Position numbers and translations under genes: made by a program. Below, piece by piece: positions 16,129 to 31,050 of a stretch of 64,000 nucleotides of DNA (position 1 is its first letter; every line of letters starts with the position of its first letter). Origin of the DNA: Octopus vulgaris (taxonomy: Eukaryota); assembly GCA_951406725.2 (NCBI GenBank), contig OX597818.1, positions 33,046,001 to 33,110,000 of the forward strand, given 5' to 3'. A model generated the notes under the pieces. That model was not told the DNA's origin. It worked only from the letters and a program-made list of their open reading frames with translations, and did not search any database.

Positions 16129-18151
16129 TCTATATACAAGATACCACACCCATATATACATACACATATATATTTGTATATATATATATGTGCGTGTGTG
16201 TTTGTGTTTGCGTGTGTATTTGTGTGGATCTGTGTAGATTTGTGCGTGTCTGAGTATGTGTTTGTGATTGTATCTGTGTGTGTGTTTTTACTTTTGTTTG
16301 TCGCCCTCCATTGCTTGTTAATTGGTGTCAGGTTGTTCACGTCCTCTTACTTTTCGATAAAATATTTTAAAATACCTTCTGCGGTTGGTTTGTTCGACCA
16401 AACCTTTCATGGCGTGGCCCAGCATAGCCATAGACAAATGTATGAAACAAGTAAAAGAAAAAAAATACCAAAAATATTAGAAGATAGGTATCAGTATATT
16501 ATAGAATCTTTCTTTGATTAAAAAAACACTGGTGATTAAGTAATTTACCTTAAACTTATAATAAATTTGTTTTGGAAATATTGTATATATTGGATACAAT
16601 TTATTCCGGAGAAATATAAAGTTTCCATCGGGGATATTTTTACTTTGGTCTCTCAAAGAAATTTTGCCAATATCTATTATATCGCGCCTTTATATAAAAG
16701 GAAAGAAAATACGAAAACGAAATGCGTTCTTTAGTACATCTGACAGTTGATGATGATTAGCCATAAGTGAGCCTTTGTCGAGACGACATATTTTCTGAAG
16801 AATTCTAGTCAAGAACATTCGCTTTTAACTCTACATATATCTAGAACAACACCATCAAGTATATTCTTTTTTATACTGTAGCGTATGATTGAAAAAACCC
16901 TTTTCCCAGTAGTCATGTAAAACTTCCTGCGATAGTTTCTAAGTTCTCGCATGATTCATTGTATTTCAGCTTATATCTCGTTAATTAAACTCTTAACTTA
17001 ACAACTAAAACGCTTGTTAACTAACGTCTGGTTCTGTAAACAAAAAAAGAAATTTGAAATGACCTAAATGACCAGCTATTAACTATAAATATAACGCTAA
17101 GAAATTAACTAACCGATACTTCTGCAAAGAATTTAACGCAAACAAAAGAATCCTGTGATATAGATCTCGGTAACACGCTAGTATTTACTACTAAGAAGAC
17201 GGATTATATAAACACACATGCTATCTAAAGACTAACATTTTCCTACTAAACAAATCTAACAGAAGTTAATCTTTTCCCTCACTAAATACTAATACTGGCT
17301 TCTATCGTATTCTAAAGGTTAAAACTAAGGAAATAAGCAAAAACTCTTTTCTAAGTTTCATGTCTTTCCTTGTAATATTTAAGTGGCAGGTTGGTTGGTA
17401 TTTAGTTTGTTAATAGCTACAACAGTTCGTTCAAAATGACTAGCTCCAGGACGAAACAGCTGTGGTTGCCTTTAATGTGTGTTCTTATCAACCTTTCCCT
17501 TTCAGGACCGTTACCAATTAGATTTGGCAACTCCACCAGTTGAGAGTCCTATATCTGTTTATCAAGTGACACTTGACCTCTCTCCTTATTACAATTCGGA
17601 ATTATATCTGTTAATTAAGGGATTCTTTCTCTCGATTCCTCCCTCTCTTTGCATTACTTATCAGCAATTTGTTCCACCACCCTGTATTTTCCCGTTTCGG
17701 TGTCTGGCTTTGTCTTTCTTTTCTTACATTCTATGCAGATTGATGCGAGTAGTCTCTTTACAACACGCATACATACACACATACACACCTATTTTATGTA
17801 TACAAACACACACACACACTCACACACACACTGATCTATACTGATACGAATACAAGCCAGAGTGTTGACACTTCGTTTTAAGGGCATTTTATACATTCCA
17901 ATAATAACACTGCTTTTTCTCTAACCGGAATTAAGCAGGCAGGAAAAGTTGAATGCTTCATTATCCATAGTATAGACAATTTTTATTAAAGTCATACACC
18001 TAAGTATGAATGACAGTATCCCAAAAGCGTATGAGGAAAAGAAGGGGCATACGTAACTATTGTTACTGTTTCTGACTAGATAAGCGTCACCAACATAGCC
18101 GACCAAAGCTTTGTGAATGACTTTTGTAGACGGAAACAGAAAGAAGCCCGT

Positions 18152-18188
<37 letters not shown>

Positions 18189-18366
18189 CATAAAGGAAAG
18201 TGGAGGACAAACTTTCATAGGTCAAATTCCTGTATCAAAATTCTTATGCGAAATACATAGATGCAGATTCATCGGAACTTTTAGGTGTCAAGCATTCCTA
18301 TATTACAAGTGAACGAGGAAGATAGATTTGCTGCCATAGAGTAAGTTTTTCCTCCCTCTCTCTCTC

Positions 18367-18431
<65 letters not shown>

Positions 18432-18809
18432 GTATAAAGAAAGAAGGGGCAACCGTAACTGTAGTTTCTGACTAAATAAGCGTCACTAACATAGCATTAC
18501 ACTTTTGATATAGAAACACGTGTCCATTATTGTGTTACGCTTTTGAATCGAGATTGTCATTTTCTTTGAGGGTGTTAAATTTTGGAGAACATTTCTTAAT
18601 GACTTGAAATATGTTTGCTTGCTTTTTTTATCCACAGTCACAAACAAAAAGCGGGAAAGACTATTCTTTTTAAATATACAAACTCCATGGACCTTGCTAC
18701 CAAATTCGTGATACTGGCCCCATTGAATTATTTTCTGATAGCACCTTTTAGTTTCTTTAAAGTTTATTCAAAATGAAACTGAGCATTTTAAAAAGTAGAA
18801 TTTTTGCTT

Positions 18810-18984
18810 TACACTTTTTACTCTTTTACTCTTTTACTTGTTTCAGTGATTTGACTGCGGCCATACTGGAGCACCGCCTTTAGTCGAGGAAATCGACCCC
18901 AGGACTTTTTCTTTTCAAGCCTAGTACTTATTCTATCGGTATCTTTTGCCGAACCACTAAGTTATGGGGACGTAAACACACCAG
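18810..18984 (-). mobile_element. SINE family A, 3' fragment
   Basis: Matches the tail half of family A. Confidence 0.85.
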
Positions 18985-18986
18985 AC

Positions 18987-19083
<97 letters not shown>

Positions 19084-19456
19084 GATAAGCAGAGCTATGA
19101 ATTACTATATCGTATTATATATTTCCATATTTACACATTAGTAAATGCTTCTGTGAGTTTCTGTGGGTGAGTCTGTTTGGGTGAGTGTGTCTGTCTCCAT
19201 TTTATATGAAATACAAGATTCCAATCATGAATTTACTCTACTTACTTTTTATGATCTTACAACGTTTGAATGAGTTTATTGCACCGGTACACTAGTTACA
19301 CTGTGGGTATTGATTAACAAGATCACGCATAAGCTTTGATTTATTGTTTTAGTTCGAGCTTAGGCTGATATAAATGCTATGTACATGCACTGCACAGCGA
19401 TGGATTTTCTCTCTTGTATATTCATATGTTAGCTCCCTTCAAAGTAAATGATACTG

Positions 19457-19549
<93 letters not shown>

Positions 19550-19556
19550 TCCCCCC

Positions 19557-19713
19557 TTGGCACTTGTGACATCGTAACTCATTTCTACAACTGAGTGAAC
19601 TGGAGCAACGTGTGTCTTGCTCAAGAACACAATACGCAACCCGGTCCGGGATTCGAAAGCACAACCTCACGATCGTAAGCTCGAGACTCTAACCATTGGT
19701 CCCTGCGCCTTCA
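19557..19713 (-). mobile_element. tRNA-headed SINE fragment (family D)
   Basis: Reverse complement reads tgaaggcgcagggaccaatggttagag...ttcgaatccccggaccggg...tgtgttcttgagcaagacac. Confidence 0.65.
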
Positions 19714-19717
19714 CTGT

Positions 19718-19763
<46 letters not shown>

Positions 19764-19917
19764 GTGTGTGTGAGTGTGTGTGTATATATATATACACACA
19801 TATATATATTCACACATACATATATATGCATCTATATGCACACACGCTTAGATATTTCATATGCACATGCACGCACTGAAGCACACACATACAAGTACTT
19901 ACATGGGCCACATGTGT

Positions 19918-20820
19918 GTACTGGCTGACGTACCCGGTAATTTCCGGAAAAGCGGGGATTATCTCTTGGTTCCCTTCTCATAATTGTTACACTAATCCAA
20001 TAACAACAATACAAAGTATGTAGCCCTTAAAAGAGTTCTTGTGCATTTACAGAGAATACCGAACTGTCTTACGCAGAATCTTGTTTTCAGGAATTTCCAA
20101 TAAGTTATGAATACCCAAATTAATGAAGACAGTTCTGTAAAAGCATGAAATTTGTTATACGATTGTAAGAATTCAAATAAAGTAGCCCCGAAAAGGGCTT
20201 TAATGCATTCCCAGAGTATATAGAACTTAGGAGGAAATACTGCTAAGGTATGTATACAAAAATCGTAAAGCATGTTACGTAATAACAGGCTAATCATATA
20301 TGAGATAATAACAATTCAAAGTAAATAACGCTGAAAAGGGATTTTGTGCGTTCCCAAAGAATATTACCTTCAGTGGCGCTAGAGTTGGTATATTCATGAA
20401 TAAGTCACTAACCGGAATACGTGGATCTATTGTTTAGGAAAAAACTATTTACTTGTTTAAGGGTTATACTGGATAAAATGCGAAAATAACTCTAACAGTT
20501 CAAATACTAAGAAATAAACATACTCAATTACCAAATAATTTAGGAAAATGAATGGGTTATTTCCCCTGGTTATATATACGGATCCTTTCCATGGGCTAAC
20601 AGGTTATTTCACTTGGCTGTTAAAAGAAAATATATTAGACATATATAAAGATCCCTTCCTGGGGACGTATTATCGATTTTCCAACAACCGGAGTATGCTA
20701 TGAGGTTTCTAGATATGAGTTCTACTCACGTGTCAAGTTTCATCAAAATCAATATAACGATGTATTAAGAGTTAGCTAACAACTCCACAAACACACCTAC
20801 AGACAGAATTTCCCACATAT
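19918..20820 (+). mobile_element. Possible degenerate non-autonomous Helitron-like (HINE/Lep1-type) element
   Basis: 5' tactggctgacgtacccggtaatttccgg and 3' gtgtcaagtttcatcaaaatc...acagacagaatttcccacatat resemble the termini of these elements (from recall, not aligned). Confidence 0.4.
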
Positions 20821-22093
20821 GATGTCTGCATTGTGAATAAATGTTTATTTTATACGTATGTGTGAGTGTGCTGTACTTCATTAAACTTTTGTTTTAGTAT
20901 GTAATAAAATGACTTCAACGAAAAATACGCCTTGTTTACAATGTAGAATTGTATTTTGTCGTTGTTTAATCGTATGTCAATCTTGAGATTGGACAGGCCT
21001 ATAAGGAAAACTATCCCCTCACTCACTTCTTGTTATTATACAGGCAAAATTATTTGTATGAATCCATTCTTGGTGTAACATTCTCTCTCTGAAGCTAGTA
21101 GGGTTTGTTTTCATGTATATGTGGATTTAGTTTTCAGAATGTTCTGCACTCAGTTCCCACAAATATAGGTTCATCGTCACATTTCATCAATATCAATTAA
21201 ACATTGGGGTAGCTTTAATCCACCATTCTCCTCCCTCGAAATTGCTGTAGGTGTCCAAAATCAGAAAACCCTATTAAGCATGTATACATGAAGTTTATGG
21301 ATTAGTGGAGTCGTTAGAATGTTTGGTGCGATTCTCTACATTGTGATTTCATATTTGTTGGAGTTCTAGTTTGTATTACATTTGTGTGGATTCGATAAAA
21401 TGATAACTCCACGGCGATAGATTGATATAATTTTTAGAGAGTCAAACTAGTCCATTGTGGGACTGCTCCTGTCACCGAAAAAATTCTGATATTTCTCTCA
21501 TGGGTTTTCATCGAATCGACAGATAGACTACATTAGAAATTAGTGAAACCGATGCTAAGCCTGCTACAACTGCTGCTGCTGCTGATGGTGATGCTGATGA
21601 TGATATTGATGGTGATGATGATGACGAAGATTATAATGTTGTCGACGACGACGACGACGATGATGATGATGATGATCATGAAATCAAAGAAGCTGACAAG
21701 GATTAGTAGGAAGAATTAATTGTATTAACTACGTGAAATTTAATTTTACAATATCAACAGTACTCATTCTTGTTTTGTTCTATATTTTGAGTCTTTTCAG
21801 TCCATCATTTTTGAAAATCCTTGAAAAGTAAAAAACTAATACAAGCAGTTTAAATATACTTGATATAACAAGTTTTTGATTTTGAACAAACAAACAAACA
21901 CACAACCAAAAGAAGATAGAATACAATAAACTAACTCTTAAATACGTTTGACAGCAATAAATAACAGGCTTTAGTCCTGACAATGAAAAAGTAATATTTA
22001 TGAGATCAATCAGCGAAAATTTCATTAATATTTGTATTATATTCGATGCTGTTACTTTTAAACTACTGTTAGACCATGATCATCGTCATCTTA

Positions 22094-22299
<206 letters not shown>

Positions 22300-22301
22300 T
22301 A

Positions 22302-23196
22302 CGAAGTCTGATCAATAAGTATTCGGACTGTTACCATAGTAGCTTAGCTAAATCACGCAGAGCGAAGCCGCTTGACAACATTTGACTTTGAAATCTGTTG
22401 TGCATTCGCACAATGTTTTAGCGTCCTAGCTCAGTTTATCTGTTTACAGCAGTTCTTGGTAGGAAGGTGTGTAGCGTGTGATAGTCACATTGACCATGAC
22501 AGCGAAAGTTGTCACGGTGATACCTGCTTAGAGGCTTATACGATGTTGTAGAAAGTGTATGTAGAGGAGTTTATGAGCCGAACACAAGTGTATAAGTGAT
22601 TCAGACGTTTCCAAGATGGCCGAAAAAATATTAATATTGATGGAAGTTCTGTGAGACCGACAACCAGCAGAAATGAGAAAAACATCGCAGATGGGCGTGC
22701 AGATGTGAGAAGAAATCGTTAAATCTCCATCTGTGATTTATTCGAGGATGTGCAAATTAGTTACGGTTCCGTTTAGTCCATTACCACTAAAGACTTCAGT
22801 ATGACACGTGTGTCTGTCAAGTTTCTACCAAAACTGCTTTCAGCTGACCAAAGATACACTCGAATTTCAGTTGCGCAAGACCTCTTTGAATGTGCCGCGA
22901 ACGATGAAAAATTTTTGAACACTTTGCGTAGGTCTCTGAGCAGGTATTGCCAAGCTTTTATCAACATTCGGTGGAGATTCTCTGCTCAACTTTCTCTGTC
23001 ATTATCAATCCGACGATCACACGCTACACATCTTCCTTCCAAGCACTGCTTTAAACAAAAGACGTGAACTAGAACGTTAAAACTTAGTGCACATGCACAG
23101 CGGAGTTCAAGATTAATCTGTGCCAAGGGTCTTCACTCTGCGTGCCATAGATTCGTTACTATGATAACAGTCCGAATAATAATTGATCAGACAACA
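22302..23196 (+). mobile_element. Internally deleted mariner (Tc1/mariner) element with long (~210 bp) imperfect TIRs and TA target sites
   Basis: TA|cgaagtctgatcaataagtattcggactgttaccatagt... matches ...actatgataacagtccgaataataattgatcagacaaca|TA in inverted orientation. The inverted similarity spans ~22302-22511 and ~22988-23196. Confidence 0.85.
22518..22923 (+). pseudogene. Mariner transposase N-terminal remnant (HTH region to WVPxxL-like motif) with stop codons
   Basis: Translates as EAYTML*KVYVEEFMSRTQVYK*FRRFQDGRKNI...RPTTS...ISYGSV*SITTKDFSMTRVSVKFLPKLLSADQ, typical of a mariner N-terminus. The DDD domain is absent. Confidence 0.85.
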
Positions 23197-23767
23197 TATA
23201 TACATACATAAAGTGTCTACATTGCCTGAACTGATTTGCTCTATTATTATGTATTTTATTCTACATTGTTACCTTCAGATAACTAATTTTCTTTTATCAA
23301 AATTCTTTAACATCCACTCTTTCTATTTGCCACCCTTCTGTCTTAGCTGATTCGTCTTTCATCCCTAAATTTCTTTCCTCCCGATTTTCTCTCAATTTTC
23401 CTCCTTTCCTATCATTATTCTTCCTCAGACGACGATAATGCTATTTGAAAACAAACGATAGCACACTAGAACAGGTAACTGATCTATTCCCCTTTCAGTT
23501 TCACCAAATGCACGAAAGCATTTAATTACCTAATTATTTCGGCAAATAAAACTCTGAAAGACTAAAGACCTGAAGAAAGAGGTTATTTTATATGACTTAA
23601 TTGCGCGAAAAAATATGGTTGCCTTAGTTGCTGTTTCAACTATAGATTATGATTGTTAAAAGTACATGCACACACACACGTCCACACATGCGCCCGCGCA
23701 TACACACACACACACATACACATACACAAACACACACACAAACACATATATATATATATACATACAT

Positions 23768-23816
<49 letters not shown>

Positions 23817-26800
23817 CATTAATGCCTACCGCTTCTGTAACGGGACCTGACCTGATGTGAGATATCTCACTTGTCTATGAATTTCAGGTATTTTAAAACC
23901 AGGCGTATCGACGAGAATATGTTTCTTACGGTTATAAATAGCAGCCTGTCCACGAACTGGCAAAACATTATATATATATTCTGTGTGTATATATCTATGT
24001 GTATGTGTGTGTTAACGTTAGGATGTACAAACAGTAAGATTATTAATGAGAATTCTCGTCGTTTACCCCTTGGCCGAGAAGACGTATGATGAAAAACTTT
24101 CTAGTCTGGCCGTTGTATTTTTTCACGTATAGCAAGTATATCTCCTTACTTCATTGTTCCAAAGCGTCCTTCGTCTTTCTCATGGAATAGTAAGGTTTGG
24201 TTCAGCAGCGATCTGCTACTTCTAAAATATTCAATGGCAATGTACTATTTTTTGGCTGCATCTGTAAAATGTAGAAAGTACGCAACTGAATGCGTATGGT
24301 ACAAGAAAAAGAAAGTATAATGCAGGATATGGTAATATCTTGTGAACAATACAAATGTAGATATTTTACTTCGTATTAACCTAATTAATTCATACTTTAA
24401 TTTCCTGTTTGGGTTAATAAATAGTGTTATATACAAGAGTTTAAACATCTCTTAAAATATTGTGAATTCCTTCTTGGCTCTTGAAATCGTCTAATTATCC
24501 GTTAAGCCCAGTAGACTCCAGAATAAAACGCCAAATTTCTATGTCTTAACGTATCTATTTTATCACTAGCTAAAATGGATTCTATATTGTCAATAAATTG
24601 TCTCCCTTTACAGAATAGCGCCAGTAATGAAAGAGGAATATCTGAATATTTAACATAGTCACCGATCAATATGAGAAATTCTCTTGATTTTGTCAATCGT
24701 TATTATTATTAATAGTGTTGTTGTCGTTATTTCCATAATAGACATTTACATTTGTCCATTTGTTTTTAATGGCTATTTTTCTCTACCGAGTTGGCAGAAT
24801 CTAAAGAGTTGTTAATTTGTTTTATTCGTCTTTAGTAGAAAAGTAATCGATTTGAATGAAGTTTACGTTATGTTTTCACAATAAAGAAGAGTAATTAATA
24901 TGCAAATCAAAGTAGATTCTTGTGGTTTGAATTAAAATGACTTCAACAATTAGGTGTTTTGTGTAAATTAGAATATCATATGTGTTGTTGTCTACACTAA
25001 TATTTGTTATTTTTGATGTATTTAGATTTATGCTAATTTCTATTTAATTTATGAAATATAAATCAATGTTTTCTGTTTATTTTGTAACTACATAAATAAC
25101 TTCTGTGAAACTATAATGGGTCTCTTTTTATGCCTGCCATAGATGAAGTCTTTCTTTTCATCGAAGTTCACTGTTATATAGAATCATAATATTTTCCTCT
25201 TCAATATTCAAAGGAACTACTGTAATAAAGAACATCTTGTAAAAGTACATTGGACCCTTGGACTTATATAGTGGCAAGGGAGGTAAAATTGATTATCTTC
25301 ATGAAGAAAAAAAGGAAGAAATCAATTTCTACGCATTTCATATTTGCTGCCGTGCTGCAAATATTTTATGCCAATTACATTCATTAATGATTTACAATAA
25401 CTTTGGGTTAACATAGTGCTGTAGTATAACTGAAGCTTTTAGTCTACACTGGCGCTTTTAGTTAGTGTTTAATATCATGATTTTTCCAAAAATCATCGAT
25501 AATAAAGTTATTTTGTGTTCAAAATTATAGGAGTTTTCCAAAGGCTATAGATAATATAAAGTACTACCTATTTTACGATATTTTACATCTTAATATTTTT
25601 GTACGTGTCAATGATAAAATATCAACAGAGTCACTCGACTTACTCAAATTTCATCCTACCTTCTTAACAGAAGAGAAGTCTTTAAACAATTAAGTACTAT
25701 ATATAAGTGATGACGGTGGTTGAAATAGCTTTCATAATTTCTGTCCGAGTTATTGGTTAATCTGTGGTTTAACAAAAATACAGAAAAATAATTTTGTTTG
25801 CATATTTCGTAATGTTTATTTAATTTATTTGTTTTTGGTATGTTTATGATTTTGATATTTATTTTAAGAATCTTGTCTGCCTTTTTAAGGATCTTGTATG
25901 GCCTTTACTGATTACTGTGATCGATGCTGATGTTTGCAAGAAATAAAATATAGGAGCTGAAATTATGTACGATGGTTAGTGCGGAGACTGGTTGATTGTC
26001 ACATTAGGAGTGGTTAAACGGAGGGACTAAAGTTCGCGATTTCTCGAGTGGAAGGGGCGTGACAACGGTTAGAGAATGGTGACTGTGTAAAAGGCATTTA
26101 TGCTGATAGTCTCATGATTCTAGTATCTCGGCTCTATAAATAACTCCTCCTTCTCAGTAGCCAACGGTACCATTTTGAAAGACCAATATGTACCGAATGC
26201 ATGCGCTCAAATGTCGGTCTGTAATTTTCATTTTCGAGTACTTCAACATTAGTAATGTTCTTACTGTTGCCAAAAACAAGGGAATTGTGTGTCTGCTGCG
26301 AGAAACTCCCAAAATGTTGCTTCCTAGAACTAATAATATTTCTGAATACTTGGATAGAAATCCTTCGTCAAACTGCATGTATGAAATCCTTCGTCAAACT
26401 GCAATGTATGCTGAACTTGGTTTCTCTGAACCGTACATCATGTACAATGCTCTAACGCTTAAGTTACCTAATAAATCACTTTGTAAATAAAGGTGTCGTC
26501 TGATTATAACCCTTTTCACAATTTCCGTAAACCTCGACACACAGGTAACAATAATATGCAATCTCAACAGTTCGTACCGCACATGCGAACTGTTGAGATT
26601 ATATGAACGATGACCTGGTGAATATTATGTAATGCGATGGAAGGCATGGCGAATTTAACACTTTCAACAAAACGGAAACACAATCATTGCACACGTTAAA
26701 GGAAAAAATTCTTGCACATGAATCTCCTTTACCATTGATAAATTACAATTGCAAAGTATAATAGTTGCTACACACGCTAGACCTCACAAGAACATGTATA

Positions 26801-28844
26801 ATATTGCTCAAACGGTATCACAAAGACTAGCACTTTCAGGTAGCATATACTTCAGATTTGATCATTTTCTGACTCTTCGCTTTACATAAATAGGACCGTG
26901 AACCCTGCTGAAATTGCTATAGATCGTAACTGACGCTATTTGACTTGTCGGTAATCATTCATAGACTAACACTCTTCAACCTTCTTGCTCACAGGACAGA
27001 CTTAATCAATCATCCGTTTGAATACTAACATCTGGTCCTTGATGCAGTTTGCTGAGTCCACTTTGATACAAGCGTTCGGAACATATCTGCTCTTTGCTGG
27101 TGTCTTCTTCCTGCTTCCCTACTACCGTCGATTAACTTGCATAAGACATGGGCAACATGCGTCGCTACTGACTAACAGGTAAAAAAACGAAATGACTCCG
27201 GTCTTATCTCGTCCCTTCCACATAATTCTTACTGGAATTCCCTAATACTCAGCAGAATCATTTCCCCCCTGCAATTCTCTTCACAACCCTGCTCGCTGCT
27301 TTAGTTTGTCTTTATATATTCAAACTGTACTTCAGCTACAGCAATCTCATCGGCTTGAGAGGACCTTCATGGGTCACAAGCGCTTGTCCTTCTCTCGTGA
27401 CTAACTTATAAAAATATACTAATAATAAATAATAATAAATCAAGTAGACAGCACTAAGCTTCATTGTAGAAGCAAAAAACTTTTACATGAATGGATGAAA
27501 TATCTAAAACTGTCCTACAATGTAACTCTACTCAGGTTTATTGTGAAAAACTGGCTAATATAAAATTCTACGGAAGCTTCTTCCTACGCAGGAATTCTCA
27601 TATAACTTTCGTTCTAATCGGAACAGAAACGCATAATAAATGGATTATTTTGTCAATAATTTTCTCTTTGCTATAAAAGGGAAGAAGAGCTAATTTAATT
27701 TCCTTATATTTCGCTGTCATCAATCTTTCACGAACTAATATTTGTATGTTCACTTATATATCAGATGTCATAAGTCAGAGGTCAAAGTTGATATATTACA
27801 TTAGAGATGTCATCCAATCGATGGGTTGTTTTCATTGAGAAGAGAAAATAATTATTGTTATTTTTTCTTATATTTTTCTTTTTACTACAGCAGGCATTTT
27901 CCTCATTGTTGTCGCCGTCGCCATCGTCGTCATCTTCACCCTTATTGCAATTCTTGTTATCATTCTTATTGTTATTTTTGCTAATCGCTACGTTTGTTGG
28001 CGTTGTTGTTGTTGATGCGATCGTTCTAACTGTTGTTGTTGATATTCCTGCTTCTTAATAACGTTGTTGTTGTTTTTTTGTTGTTGTTATTCTCGTCGTC
28101 ATCGTCGTCATAGTCATCGTCAATGTGATTCCTGTTATTGCTGCTGTTGCTGTTACTATTTTTTTTGTTAATATTGGTGTTGACATTTTTTCTTTTCTCA
28201 TTGATACAATTGTCATTGTTCTTGCAGCTGCTGTTTTGTTGTTGCTGTTGTTATTGTTGTAGCTATGGTGTCTGATTTCTCTTGCTGATGTTTTAAATCA
28301 GATTGTTTCAATCGATATTATTGATGTTTATAGAAGTTTTTGCCCCACTAGTTGTCGCCGTTGTGGCCTACCATTCCTTCTATTATTGCTGTGGCTGTTC
28401 ATGAGACCTCTGCTGGAGCTACAGTAGTAGGTGTTTTGGCCTAAAAATAATTAAAAACAACCAAAAATCAAACACCAGCCATTGTCAGATTCTTCATTTC
28501 GACTGTCCTATTCCTGGCATCATGCTATCCTTTTTGTATAATATATATTCCTTCTTTTCTAATACCAGAATTTATATTTGTTTTGACTAAAGTTGTTTAT
28601 GTACGTTTTACTATAATATAATTTTTTTTTATTTATAATTGTTCTTTCCATTGTTATTTCTTAAGATATTGTTACATTATTAACACAAACTATGTAGAAA
28701 AACCCCAAAAAATATTCGAGTTCTTTCTACTGAAATTGTTGTTGCTGTTGTGATTGTTGGCATTGGGTTTTCTCCTTTTCTTTCCTAGTATATCATATTT
28801 ATTCCCGTTACTTTATGGATGTGATTACTGCGAGAACAATTGCT

Positions 28845-29755
<911 letters not shown>

Positions 29756-29943
29756 CTTCGCATCATCCTCAGCGACAGCTTCATCTTCACCGTTCTCTCA
29801 TCACTTCATCTTTTTTCATTGTTCTGCAATACCTGACGTGTTAATACTGTGGGTTGTCGACCCGGATTTCCAATATCCTCGAATATACCTCATATTATCC
29901 TGAATAATTTTTATGTAGTTATTCATTAATTTTTATATATTCA

Positions 29944-29974
<31 letters not shown>

Positions 29975-30417
29975 TTCGTTTAATTTTATTGATAGCGATG
30001 AAAGTGTCGGAGATCATAGGTGAACGAGGCAATGCAATAACTCTGATATCAATGCCTGTTATTAACTTTTTTTTTTCAAAATCCGAAGAAGAGTGAACAA
30101 TAAGCGAAATATCATGTGGCAATATGGGTGTTTCTTCAATGTATTAAATTCCCTCCTATAGAGTTACTACTGCTGCTGATACTTGAGAGAATATTATATT
30201 ATACCACGTCTACCACGAACTACACAATCGCCACCACCAACAACAACAACTCTAGCAACAACAGCAACGCCCAGCACCATTATCATTGCAATTGTTATTT
30301 CAACTTGATGTGCCATTATCACTATAATTCCCGAATGATCTTCTGATATACATATAAATCCATGCGAATATGCGCACACACATATACATGATGCATGAGT
30401 ATATATGTATAAGCAAT

Positions 30418-30457
<40 letters not shown>

Positions 30458-31011
30458 TGGAGGGAGAGATACTAGCAGCAAAAGACAGAGTTACATGATG
30501 TAAAGTATCACAGTATAAACTATTTAATGAATTAACGAGAGAAAATTATTTATATTTCAGTAAAATGTCTTTTTAAACAATGTTCTGTATTGTCGCTGAC
30601 AAAATACACAGCTTCGTCTCTGAAACGAGAACCAGGGACATACATGTGACCATGGGAAAATTGCAATCTTCCAGTTGTAATTCAGTGCTCTTTAAATTTC
30701 GTCTCTGCGATTTGTTGAGGCATGTGTAAGAAAATATATTGACTGGGATCTGCTGACTTCTAAACAATATGGAATAGTTGGGATTCTTGAAATAAGCACA
30801 TGGTCACCATATGTACAGTCATATTAGAATTGCTGCTTCCAGTAGATGTGACGTCAGTTGTTTGAAGACTTAGTGCTTCTTTTAGGAATAATAAGAACAC
30901 CAAGTTTCAAACTTATGAAGCAAAACAAATGTCTTTATTACTATTGCTGTCCACTAACCATATTGTCTCATAGGTGTCGCTTGAAACATGCTTCTCTTTC
31001 TGTAACACAAG

Positions 31012-31050
31012 CATCTTCGAACATTGGATAGTATCCAATGTTCGAAGATG
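31012..31050. repeat. Perfect palindrome, 19-bp arms, 1-nt spacer
   Basis: catcttcgaacattggata-g-tatccaatgttcgaagatg. Confidence 0.95.

Noticed and set aside
17425-17470. gacgaaacagctgtgg, resembling the stem III of the 38.6-kb hammerheads
   Set aside because: There is no CUGANGA-like core upstream, and the triplet would be GUG.
26060-26160. GC-box plus TATAAATA promoter-like arrangement
   Set aside because: Such motifs are common by chance in AT-rich DNA, and there is no supported downstream gene.
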